A stretch of DNA of 64,000 nt from Chrysemys picta bellii. Taxonomy: Eukaryota. Shown piece by piece: positions 23,591 through 35,373 of the stretch. The stretch spans positions 11,842,001 to 11,906,000 of the forward strand of contig NC_088803.1 in assembly GCF_011386835.1 (NCBI RefSeq). Direction: 5' to 3'. The notes under the pieces were generated by a model. The model was not told the origin of the DNA. It worked only from the letters and a program-made list of their open reading frames with translations, and made no database searches. The translations under genes and the position numbers were made by a program. How positions within the stretch are numbered: the first letter of the stretch is position 1; each line of letters starts with the position of its first letter.

Positions 23591-24889
23591 CAGTTTATAT
23601 ACATGTGAACATAAAAACAATGATGCACACAAGCATATGAACATATGATCGTAATCACCAAAAATGCAATCAAATGCACTAGCACAATTCTATTCATATA
23701 TATACACAAGGATGCAGAAACCTACAAATGCAAACACGCAGATGCATATATACAAGGACATGCCCCAAAACTATAGAAATAGATAAAACATGTTGGCTAT
23801 AATTTATTAAGCCAACTAGGGGATTTCGATACTTATTTCCTATTGGCAATTAAAAGCATGGATGCATTTTTTCAGACATTCCAGTAGAAATGTAAACCTT
23901 TCAAGCTGCACGGATGAAAAAATGTTTTGGGTTTGGTGAGGGCTTTTGTTGTATTTTTCCCTTGCGGAAAATTTCAACTGTTCATTGAAAAACAAAAAAA
24001 TCTCCCAAAGCACTTTTTGGCGGGTACTTTTGCAACCAAACCTCCAAAATTTCCACCCAAAACCTGAAAATTAGTCTATTTTCAGGTTTTCTAATTATAT
24101 ATATATATATTCAAAGAAAGCAGACACTTTCCAATTACCCCAAAATCAAAACCTGAAAATTTCAAATATGTTTTTTAATTTCATCCATTCCCCTCTAACT
24201 TACCTGCTTGGAGCAAATTGCCTTTGTCTCAGCACAATTCTCCAAGTGACAAAAGGCATCCATTTATATACATTTTGGTGTTCACCAGGGAGGTACCCTG
24301 AAAGAGGCTCTGCTGTGATGTTGCCAAGCAACCAGAACTGCCCTTAGTTATCACAGATGAAGAGTGGAGGCTTCCAAACTTACACAGCTGGCTACACCTG
24401 ACATTGTGAGCTATCAAAAAATGGGCAGCTTAGATCAGTCTGGTTCAGGCTCGGAGAGCTGGTGAGTTGGTTTGTGTTTGAATTAAGCTGTGAGTGATGT
24501 CATGCTGGGCTCCCGACCATTGCTTTGCAGTGATTGTGACTAGGGTAGCATCACGAAACACCGATGTCACCAGGACGCAGACACTGTCGAAGCCACTGCC
24601 ACTGTTTAGTGACCCCCAAGAAGTAATCAGTGGGTCCTCATGGAAATTGATCATGTGTAGTTGATTCTTTTTATTCCCACTAGAGAAATGCCCAGAGGCC
24701 CAGAGGTTAGAGGTCACAGAAAGTCCATCACAGCCTCAGAACAAGGCAGTATTCCTTTTTATGGCCACATCATGCTGTAGCTTTTCTGCATTAGGATATA
24801 TGATCAAAGCTGCCTTGCTAGGGTATGTGCAAATAATAGGCTTCCATGTGTCTCAGCTTACACATCACAGGCTACAGAGGCCTGATAAA

Positions 24890-25330
24890 GCTCTGCCAAA
24901 GAGAAAAGAAGAAGGTGTGGGCTGGGGACATGGAAGAGGAGTCAGGGCAGACCAATTGTCCAACTTACATGGAGAGTGTTGGCAAGAAATTTGGGCCCCA
25001 TTAAAGTCAAAGGCAAAACTCTTGTTGAATTAACAATAGTAGTGACACAAGTTACTAGAGACCAAAGCAGATCTTGAATAAAGCAGAAATGAAATTGTTA
25101 AGGAGGATCCTTGGAGTTATAAGGATGGGCCATGCTTGAAACAAACAAATTAGAGGAAGTGTGAAGGATTATAGAAAAACTAAGGGAATTCAGGCTTAGA
25201 TGATTTGGGCGTGTGAAAGGTAAATTGGAAGAACAGATGGGAAACAGCCTGTTGAACTTAGAAGAGGAGGGTAATAGAATGATGACCCAAAACTAGATGG
25301 ATGGATGTCCTACAAAGGGATCTGGTTAGC
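24890..25330 (+). mobile_element. Highly decayed RTE-clade (Expander/Rex3-like) LINE 3' fragment
   Basis: Conceptual translation gives PIKVKGK...AEMKLLRRILGV...NKQIRG...IEKLREFRLR*FGRV, matching the RTE C-terminal pattern EMKMLRW..GVTR.DRIRNE.IRG...RLRWFGHV. Confidence 0.6.
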
Positions 25331-25904
25331 TGCAAAGTTTCAGAGGAACTTCTTCAAGACAGACTGGAATGGAGAAGAAGGACTTGAAGAGCTGACTCTG
25401 TTTAGGTGGGATGCAAGCTAGAAGAAGAAAAGCAGTAGTAACATGGATACAGGTTGTGGTGGTGGTGGAATAAGTCACAGAAGCAGTAGTAGTATAATTA
25501 GTAAATGGCTTAATCGTGTCCTCACCATGAGCTCAGCTCCTGGATTAGACCAAGAGGGCGATTCTGACTGATCCAGTGCTTCTCTGGTAAGGGGCTATGC
25601 CTGATCTCTTCTGGGCCCATACCATCCTCCTGTATCCAGTGTAGGAGTGTACAGGGGTGCTCTGCACCCTTTCCATTCTCAGGGTTGGAGCAGTGGTCTG
25701 AATGCTTGCTGTAGGTGCCTGGCTGGAGCTAACTATTCACCACATTTGGAATTGGGAAGGTCTTTCCTCCAGGTCAGATTTGCAGGGACCTCATGGGATT
25801 TCAGCTTTCTCTTCAGTGTGGAGTGTGGATCACCTGCTAGGATCAAATGGTCACATCCCAGCTGATCAATTCCCTGCCATGGCAGGGACCTCAACCACTC
25901 ATAA

Positions 25905-26342
25905 CACCTAAGTCTATTTACCCCTTCACATAACACAAGAACAAGGGGTCACCCAATGAAATTAAGAGGCAGGACGTTTAAAACAAAAAAAAAAGGAAGT
26001 ATTTTTTCACATAACATACAGTCAACCCATGGAACTCATTGTCAGGGGACCTTGTCAGGCCAAAATATAACTGGGTTCAAAAAAGATTTAGATAAGTTTA
26101 TGGAGGACGGGTCTATCAACAGCTTTTAGCCAAAACAGTCAGGGACTTAACTTCGTGATTTAGGTGTCCCTAAACCTCCAACTGCCAGGAACTGGGACTG
26201 GATGACAGGTGATGGATCATTCACTAATTGCCCTGTTCTGTTCATTCCCTCTGAAGAACCTGGCATTGGCCACTGTCAGAAGACAGGACACTGGACTAGA
26301 TTGAACAATGATCTGATCTAGCATGGCAGTTCTTATGTTCCT
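25905..26342 (+). mobile_element. CR1 LINE 3' fragment
   Basis: Typical turtle CR1 3' UTR ending GGCATTGGCCACTGTCAGAAGACAGGA...TTCTTATGTTC. Confidence 0.9.
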
Positions 26343-27207
26343 GTTCTGTGCCTGTGGCATACAACAGCTTAGTCTTCTGAGGGCTGAAATACCTTTAGTT
26401 TAACTGAAATCATTGGGCTTAGTATGTGAGTGGAATGTAATGGCCTGTGATGAACAGAAGGGCAGAATGGATGAGATAATGGTCCCTTCTGGCCTAAACC
26501 TTTATGAAACTATAGAAACTTTTGCCCCCTTTAGTACCACTAAATAACTCCTGCTGTGAGTTGGCCAAGTAAATGTAGTAGTAGCAACAAGAATAGTAAT
26601 GGGTAGTAAGATAATGTCTATGTTTGACTGCTCCTACTTCATTTACATCTGCAGAACTTCATACCCTGTGTTCAAAGTCAAATATTTGAATATTAACCAG
26701 GTAACCCTATCACACTCCTCTTACAAACTTTGACCATCCGTAACTCATGCTATATGCCTATTAAACCCCTTGGCAGGAAGAAAACATGAAGGAATCTCAA
26801 GCTTCCTCTTTTGTAATGCAACCTATTTGTTGTGTGGTGATGTAACATACACTATCCTTTCAGACCACTGATGGTTAGCAAGGTGTCTTTGTCCAGTTCT
26901 GATGGGGACTTGGATTTACACTGAGGTCTCTGATACATGGTGGTATATTTGGATCCTTGGTCTCTCAATACCAAGTCCATTTTAGAAGACTATAGTGAAA
27001 GAAAAATGTAGTTTTATTGATGTGTCTAAGATACAAGAGGTTTGTATCTATGAAACAACAAAGGAATAGGGGAGAGGGAATATTTTATTTTATTTTAAAG
27101 AGAGAGAGAGGAATCTAGAGTAGATTATGATGATGAGAAACAGACTGTTAGATATGTCGATAGATCGATAGCTGAATGTGTAGAGGGATAGATTGATAGA
27201 TTGATAG

Positions 27208-27256
27208 GACTTTTCTTTTTGCGGATACAGACTAACACGACTGCTACTCTGAAACC
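27208..27256 (+). mobile_element. Penelope-like element 3' tail remnant
   Basis: CTTTTCTTTTTGCGGATACAGACTAACACGACTGCTACTCTGAAACC, related to the tail at 10405-10455. Confidence 0.6.
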
Positions 27257-27384
27257 ATTCTTTACTGTGTTATTACTATTATGCAAGTCAATTTACAGTA
27301 GAAGAAAAGAGAGCTTTCCTGATGCAAAGACATACTGAGACACATTTTTTTCCCCAATTAAGTTTGACCATAATTTTGATTACC

Positions 27385-27495
27385 TATTCTGTTCATTCCC
27401 TCTATGGCAACTGGCAATTGGCCACTGTCAGAAGACAGGATACTGGGCTAGATGGACCTTTGTTCTGATCCAGTATGGCCATTCATATGTTCTTA
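27385..27495 (+). mobile_element. CR1 3' end fragment
   Basis: Same 3' UTR motif as 25905-26342. Confidence 0.85.
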
Positions 27496-27499
27496 TTAT

Positions 27500-28151
27500 T
27501 AGGGCCCCAACAAATTCATGGCCATGAAAAACGCAACATGGATTGTGAAATCTGGTATCCCCCCATGAAATGTGGTCTTCTGTGTGTTTTTATGCTATAC
27601 TATACAGATTTCACAGGGGATACCAGCTTTTCTCAAATTGGGGGTCCTGACCCAAAAGGGAATTGCAATAGGTTGCAAGGTTATTTTAGGGGGGGTGCGG
27701 TATTGCCACCCTTACTTCTGCACTGCCTTCAGAGCCCAGTGGGCAGAGAGCAGCAGCTTTTGGCCAGGCACCCAGATATGAAGGTAGCACACCACCACCA
27801 CCAGCACAGAAGTAACGGTGGTAATACTTTACCATGCCATCCTTACTTCTGTGCTGGTGGTGGCTCTGTCTTCAGAGCTGGGCTCCCAGCCAGCAGCCAC
27901 TGCTCTCCAGCTGCCCAGCTCTGAAGGTAGCTCTGCTGTCAGCAGCAGTGCAGAAGTAAGGGTAGCAGTACCAGAACCCCCTCTATAATAACCTTGTGAC
28001 CACCCCAAAACTTCTTTTTGGGTCAGGACCCCTCCAATTACAACACCGTGAAATTTCATGTTGAAATAGCTGAAATCATGAAATTTACGATTTTTAAAAT
28101 CCTGTGACCATTAAATTGACCAAAACGGATTATGAATTTGGTAGGGCCCTA
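27500..28151. mobile_element. Non-autonomous hAT-like DNA transposon
   Basis: TIRs TAGGGCCCCAACAAATTCA / TGAATTTGGTAGGGCCCTA, degenerate 8-bp TSD (cttattat/cttatgac) and long internal inverted repeats. Confidence 0.72.
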
Positions 28152-30149
28152 CTTATGACCAATAAGAGAAAAAAATTGTTTTAGGAAAAAATTCAAAATG
28201 GCAAGAATCTGCACATTTCCAAAGGTTTAAAAGAGTTTATTTCAATAGTTTTTTCTAGAGTTTTTTAACATAATTTTCTTCTCGATGTTTTTTAAACAAT
28301 ATTGAATGACTGTTGAACTTTTGTCATTTACAAAATACCACATAAATGAAACATTTTGATAACCCTTTAAATGGTATTTTCTCTTAAAAATGATAAAAAA
28401 TGTCATGATATTTTTGTAGAGAATGAATATTTTTGAAAACCGTGACCGTATTTTAGGGGTTATTTTCATTTCAAAGACGGACATTTTTGAAGAGAAATAT
28501 TAAATATTTATTATTATTATTATCATTAGTGCTAAAATATTACATATCCATGAATACAAATATTCACATAACATAGCTACATAACATTTAATTTCATTAT
28601 ATTTTTAAGGACCTGTTTTCTATCTATACATATACACACACGTATGTGTAGATAGATAGATATCATTATATAACTACACATACCAGTGCACACATTTTGG
28701 AATTGGCATTATTTATGTTCCTGTTTTGTTTATTTCACTGATGTGCAAAATTTCAGTGTCAGAAGATCAATCAGACACTTTTTATCTCTTCACTTATACT
28801 CTATTCCCACTTCTTCTGTGCCCCCTCCCCACCCCAGGACTTCCTGTATAATTTCAAATACCTCAGAAACTTGAAACAACCATCATATTTTCATTTAAAA
28901 TCAACTTCTCACAAAAAATATTTTAATTTCCCATCACCCTATTCAAAATTACAGTGGCCCAGGGAGTGTTATGTCATGAAATCTTGAACTAAAATGGAGA
29001 TGATCAAAAAATTTTGAGAAGAATGTTTGTCCAGTGAAAAACAGCTTTTCTTGAAAATTCAGCTTTCCATGAGAAGCTGTCCGCAACTTTAAAACGTTTC
29101 CATTTTCCACAAAAGTTTCAGTGACATTTTAATCTATATATTACTGTTGAATCAGCATTGCACAATTATATTTGATAGATAGATAGATAGATAGATCTTT
29201 TCAAAAAATGGAAAATTGGAGTTTTGGCTAAAACTACATTTTTCACAGAAAATTAAATTTTCATCAGAAAAAAAATTGGTTTAGGTCTGAAACATTTTCA
29301 CTTCTCAGTAGTTTTTTTTTTTTTTTGCCCTTTAAAAAAAAATTAAAGTCAAAATTTACTGGTGCTAATTTTCCATATTGGGAAAAAAATCAACCAGCTT
29401 TGTCAGACAGATAGATACATTGATTAAATGGCTAATCTTGCACACAATGTCTCAAAAGATCCAATGAATGGACGCTTAGGCTAGTGAAATTCAAACTGTA
29501 AATAAGTAATATATCTTCAACAATGAGATTAAGTAAGAATTGGAACTACTTATCCAGGGATTTGATGGCTTTCCATCACCTAAAGTCTTTAAAGCAAGAC
29601 TGAATGTAGGAAGTACTGAGAGAAATTATATTCCATATAGTAGGAGGACTAGATGATCATAATGGCCCCATTTGCCCTTAAAATCAATAGAAAGATAGAT
29701 AATTCTTCATTGTATTAGAACTGACCTGCAAGGTAAATTGTTAAAGGAAAAGAGTGATTTCCTGACCCAAAGACATAGTGAGAACAAGGTTTTCTTGCCT
29801 GATGAATTTGCACCATTTAGAGAAAATGTGTTAAGACAAAATAAAAAAATCAGGAATATTTTCATTTCAAGGGGTTAAAAACAAGTTTATTTCAATAGTT
29901 TTTGTAGAATTTTTTCAATCCATTTTTTTTTCATTTTGTTGAACATATTGAAATGGCTATTATTTTTTTATTTACTAAACAGTGGATAACAAACATTTTA
30001 AGAATCCTTTAAATGTGATTTTCTTTGAAAAAATATTAAAAATGTCATGATATTTTTTTGCAGAAAATGATTTTTTTATTACTTTCATAGGAAAAAACAC
30101 ATATAACTAAGGACCACACACATGAACTATAATTTACCAGAGGGGTGGG

Positions 30150-30372
30150 TGTTAAAGGATGGGGCACAGTATGCTAAGCTCTGATGGGGCAGGGATGGTG
30201 TCCCTAGCCTCTGTTTGACAGAAGCTGGGAATGGGCGACACAACAGGTGGATCACTTAATGATTACCTGTTCTGTTCATTCCCTTTGGGGCACCTGGCAT
30301 TGGCCACTGTCAGAAGACAGGATACTGGGTTAGATGGACCTTGGGTCTGACCCAGTATGGCTGTTCTTATGT
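30150..30372 (+). mobile_element. CR1 3' fragment abutting the stop codon of OR-D
   Basis: The CR1 3' UTR ends in GTTCTTATGT about 20 bp from the OR stop at 30393. Confidence 0.9.
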
Positions 30373-30392
30373 ACCTCTATTTCATGCTAACC

Positions 30393-31363
30393 TTAGCAAA
30401 TTGAGTTTGCCTTTACTGATTTTTGTGGGAAAGGCACATATTTCACAAGAGCTTTCCTCAGGGCTCTGTTCACCTCCTTGTTTCTCAGGCTGTAGATGAG
30501 GGGGTTGACCATGGGAGTCAGGACTGTGTAGAAGACAGAGAACATTTTGTTCAGGTTTTCCACTGTAGCACTATCTGGTAGCATGTAGACAATCATTAGG
30601 GTCCCATAGAAAATTGTCACCACAATGAGGTGAGAGGAGCAGGTGGAAAAGGCCTTTTGCCTCCCCATGGTGGAAGGGATTCTCAGGATGGAGGCAATAA
30701 TAGAAATGTAGGATGTCACAGTTAATAGGAATGCGGGAAGGGTGAAGATGGAGGAAAGTATGAAGGTCACGAGTTCCATCCAGCTGGTGTCACTGCAGGA
30801 GAGTTTGATCAAAGGGGTGAAATCACAGAAGAAATGATTAATTTCATTTGGTCCGCAGAAAGTGAACTGTGCTAACAAAGATGTCGTGACAGTACTAGCC
30901 AGGAAGCCACTAATCCAAGACAAAGATGCCATCTGGAGGCACAAGCTGCCATTCATCTGCATTGCATAGTGCAGAGGTTTACATATTGCTAAGTACCGAT
31001 CATAAGACATCACTGCTAGGAGAGCACATTCTACAGCTGCCAGGGAGCTGAACCAGTTAAATTGTATGATGCAGCCACTAACAGAAATGGTTCTGTCCCC
31101 TGTCAGGAGACTGGCCAGCATCCTGGGCAGGATGGTGGAGGTGTAGCAGATCTCCAAGCAGGACAGGTTCCCCAGGAAGAAGTACATGGGGGTGTGCAGG
31201 TGTTGATCAGCCACAATTAGAACAATGATGAGAATGTTCCCAGCCATGGTCATGAAGTAGATCACTAGGAACAGCATGAAAAGAAGAATCTGTAGTTCAG
31301 GGAGATCCCCAAATCCTAGCAGGATGAATTTTGTGACGGATGTTTGATTTCCATCTTCTGCAT
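30393..31363 (-). CDS. Olfactory receptor, '11A1-like' (OR-D). Body intact but no in-frame ATG before the N-terminal domain: possible pseudogene, upstream coding exon, or sequence error
   Basis: The OR frame continues upstream of the track start (31277) as HAEDGNQTSVTKFILLGFGDLPELQILLF. The ATG at 31363 is one base out of frame, and an acceptor ttccag|gtc lies at 31368/31367. All downstream OR motifs are intact. Confidence 0.85.
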
Positions 31364-31490
31364 GGACCTGGAAGTGAAGCTGGGGGAAGAAAAGAAACTT
31401 TATAGTGCTTTGTATGCTTAGTACTAACTAGTATTGCAAGGAGATCAGTTTTATACAAAATTTGTTTACACATGTTCCAACTTTTATGTC

Positions 31491-31670
31491 TCATAGAATA
31501 TGAGGACTGGAAAGGACCTCAGAAGGTCATCTAGTCAACCCCCTACCCAAATCAGGACCAACCCCCAGGCAGATTTTTGCCCCAGATCCCTAAATGGCCC
31601 CCTCAAGAATTGAACTCACAACCCTGGGTTGAGGAGGCTGCTGCTTAAACCCCTGAGCTATCCCTGCCCT
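31491..31670 (-). mobile_element. CR1 3' fragment
   Basis: TCATAGAA...CTGGAAAGGACCTCAGAAGGTCATCTAGTC. Confidence 0.85.
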
Positions 31671-34335
31671 CCGCCTAATTGAGCCCTCCCTGCTTTTTTT
31701 TCTTTTTTCTTGTGGAGTTTTCACTCAGATCTCTCCTAATGGCAATCATATGATGGGTCCGTGTCTCTACAAAAACCTTTACTGGCTTTATTGGTAACTC
31801 TATTACATTGAAAATGCATGTCCACCTTTTTGTCCTTTGATAAGGAACTCAGACAGCACAGCAATGATCATGTGAGAGAGAGAGAGAGAGAGATTTGCTT
31901 GAATCAAAGAATGGAAAGTCAGACAGACATAGATTGAGATTGATGGACAGAAGAATGGATAGGTAGACTGACAGAGAGAGACAGAGTGACACACACTCAA
32001 GAATGAATGAGCAGAGAGTAATTGTTGGAAGTGAAGTATAGAGAGGCAAATGAACATAGATAGATATCTTTCAAATTATTACAGCTTTCCAGGTTTTGCC
32101 CTCCGATTCAGTACGTGTTCATATTGGCTTTCCCTCTCTGAATTAGCTGCATCTTCCCAGGCTGAATTTAGTTTCCTCCTTTTCTACCCAGCTTTCTAAC
32201 TTCTGACTCTTTCTTCATCCTGACTTCAAACATTCAATGGAATTTAGTTCCAAACCAATGTTTAATAATCAATGAATGGAGGAAGACATTCCTCTGAAAC
32301 TCCTTCTACTTTCCCTCTGGCTAATACTGACTCTAAATCAATCCAGTGTGTTATATATACATCTGCTACTCCCTGGTGAAGGAAATGTCTAAAACAGAGT
32401 ATGTCTTCTCTCTGTCTAAAGCATAATAACCCCAATTCAAGAAGATACTCAACTTGCACTTAGTGTTTAGCACAGGAACAGTCTGATTAACTTACATGGG
32501 ATTGCTCACAAGCTTAAAGTTATGCATATGTTTAGGTACCTTCCTGAATCAGAATCTATAGTGTTTTTCAACTTAGAGGGGCAAATGTTGCAGTAGAAAC
32601 AAAGGATTCAGCAAGATGATCTATCAAATCTTTTATCTCCCCTAAAGTGGATAGAAAACTGTGGAATTACTTACAAAGGGATGTGATATAGTCTCTGTCA
32701 CTTAAAGTTATAAAAGTCATGACTGAATATGTTTCTTAAAGGTATGCCCTAATTTCAACCAGCAGTTATTATTCTATGCAAGAATCACTGGCTGAAATTA
32801 TCTTGCTTGTATTATGCAGGAGGTCAGACTAGATGACCATAATGGTTCTTTCTGCCCTTAAATTCCATAAATCTGTAAATTGGTTTACCTTTAAGGAGGA
32901 GGTATTAGCAGCCAAAACCTCTGATGTGAACTCTTCACTCTTAGTATTGACACCAGGATATAGGTTTTGCCATCTATCTTCCATCCTCATCATCATCATT
33001 GTGATGGATGGGTGCCGGCTTCCTCCGGGGCTGGAGGAGCACACATGGAGTCGGCGCCTATGTTCAGGTGAGATCTTTCAATAAGATACCGAGCTGCATT
33101 CATTTTGCCTTCTATCCATCTATTGAATGTCAGCATCTCTCCTAATTCCTTATTTATTCTTTGTGGAAGAAGGGGAAACCTCCCTTGACATTTTAGCTGA
33201 TGGTGGCAATGACAACAGCAGGGGTCCCATGTGGGATTTGAACACCGTCCTCCCTTTCGTTCTTTTGAAAAAATCAGCCATTTTATTTATTGTTAGATAT
33301 AGAGATGGTCAAGACTCTTTTTTTAACACTTTTGTTTTCCACTGGAAAATGCCAGTTTATCAGCACTGACACTGTTCTTTCAGAAGAGAAAGTTTTGACA
33401 CATTTTCTTGTGTTCGGAATCCAAAATGATTGACCTTGTCCAAACACCTTGTCTCAACATTTTCTAAATGAAAATCTTCTAATTATTTTTGCATCCACAT
33501 TTGCATTTTTGCATTTCATGTTGAAATTTATTTTAGCTTCTAGTAAAAAATAAAAAAGGTCAAAATTGAAATGAAACATTTTGAAATTATGGGAGCAATG
33601 CATGTCAGCTGACCCAATCCCAGTTTTGTGGGGGGGGAGGGTTATCTGTTCACAACATTCAGGTTGAGTTTTTCAGAGTTGCACAAGGGATTTAGATGCC
33701 TCATTTCCATTAGAAGGAAGGGGAATGGACATCCCATCCTTTAAAGGGCTTTGAATGTCTCATACTACCCATGTCCACTGATCAAAGGCAAAGTATTGTT
33801 ATGTCAGTTTGTTTTTTACATTTCTGTTATTATTGGTTTAATGCCAAGAGATCTCAACTGAGACCAGGCCCCATTGTGCTATGACCTGTGCATGCACATA
33901 GTAAGAAATAGACCCTGCCATGCTGAGAGCACAATCTAAATGGATTAAAGGTGGGAGTAGAAACTGAGGCACATAGCAGGGAAGTGACATTGCTAGAAGT
34001 CAGTGGTAGCACTAGAAAAGGAACCCAGGTTTTCTGACTCCTTGTCCCAGGCTCTATGAAGTGTGCACAGCATTACTTCCACAAACTTTTGGCATTATCG
34101 AGTTATTTAAAGGCTCATATTTTCAAAGTTTCCCGGGAGATACGAACATACAGTGGGTGTCTCTAAAAATCCCAGCTAAAATCTGTATATTTAAACCCCC
34201 AGGAAACTCAGTATTTGTGACTTTATTCAGTCATAGGAAGGTGGAAACTCAGACTGACCAAAATCACAAACACTTTTAGAGCTCATGTAGTGAATTTGTG
34301 GATCTCAATTTAAATGTCAAGGTGCTCTTAAGTTC

Positions 34336-34336
<1 letters not shown>

Positions 34337-34375
<39 letters not shown>
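34337..34375. repeat. (CAT)13 microsatellite
   Basis: Perfect trinucleotide run. Confidence 0.95.
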
Positions 34376-34376
<1 letters not shown>

Positions 34377-35228
34377 TTCTATATTTATCTCTGCAGAGAT
34401 TCTTTATAGCCTATGGACTCAGGCTTACAAACACTTTCAATACACTATGTACCTGAGAAAAGTTACTCATATGTATAAGTGTTGGTATGACCCACTCATG
34501 ATTGTATGTTACCAGCCCCTGTCCCTAACCCCCAAGCCCCATGCTGATCCATAGGGGATATGACTTTTACAGCCAACACTTACAAAGGTTTGGCTTTTTA
34601 TCTCATTCTGTACTGGTTCATATATTTAGCCCTCAAAACCCCCTGTTCAATTCTGGATGTGCAAGCCACAAGGGTGGTTGGAATATTTAGGACCAGGTCT
34701 CTACTAACATATATTAAGGCAGCAATCCTAAAAGTACAATGCAAACCTTTGATACTTAAAGGTTGAGGTTTTCCAAGCTGCCTAGGAGAATGGGCCCCCG
34801 ATTCCTATTAGATTTAATGGGATTTGAGTATCCATATCACCAAGGCACTTTTGAAAATCTCAGCTAAAATCTCTAAATTTAAAATGGCATGAAACTCAGC
34901 ATATATAATTTTATCAAGCCATATTGACATGCAAAATTCTGCTTTGAGCAGGAGGTTGTACTAGATGACCTCCTGAGGTCTCTTCCAGCCCTAATCTTCT
35001 ATGAATCTATGAATGGGGCTGTATTGAAACACATGTTCATATAAATCCAATTCATCAAGCAATCTAAATCAGCCTGAATAACTGATGTCATTATTATTTG
35101 CCACTATCATCATGCCATTATCATCATGGTTTTTTGGCAGCACCAAGCGCAGGCACCCACAAGACCCCACTAGACATACATCTATTAAATGATTTACCAT
35201 TTACAATTACTTTTTACAGTTAGCCAGT

Positions 35229-35345
35229 GTTAGAGGGCTTTCCCTTCACCCTCTACTGTGGTTCTTATCCTGCAGACAGAAAGCAGAAGACCAGAAGTCT
35301 GAAGTGTAGACAATGTGATGTTTATTGGGGTTAGTTTCCAGCAAA
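35229..35345 (-). mobile_element. LTR 3' end fragment (same family as 1811-2480 and ~49977-50105)
   Basis: TGTTAGAGGG...GCAGACAGAAAGCAGAAGACC...GATGTTTATT, the reverse complement of ...AATAAACATC...CTCTAACA. Confidence 0.7.
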
Positions 35346-35373
35346 CGTGTTCCATAACTCTTACACCTCAGAG

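Noticed and set aside
33005-33070. CpG-rich patch with a donor-like CAG|GTGAGA
   Set aside because: It ends in GGAGTCGGCGCCTATG, which I recognise as a hAT-type terminus, so it is more likely a truncated transposon end than an exon.
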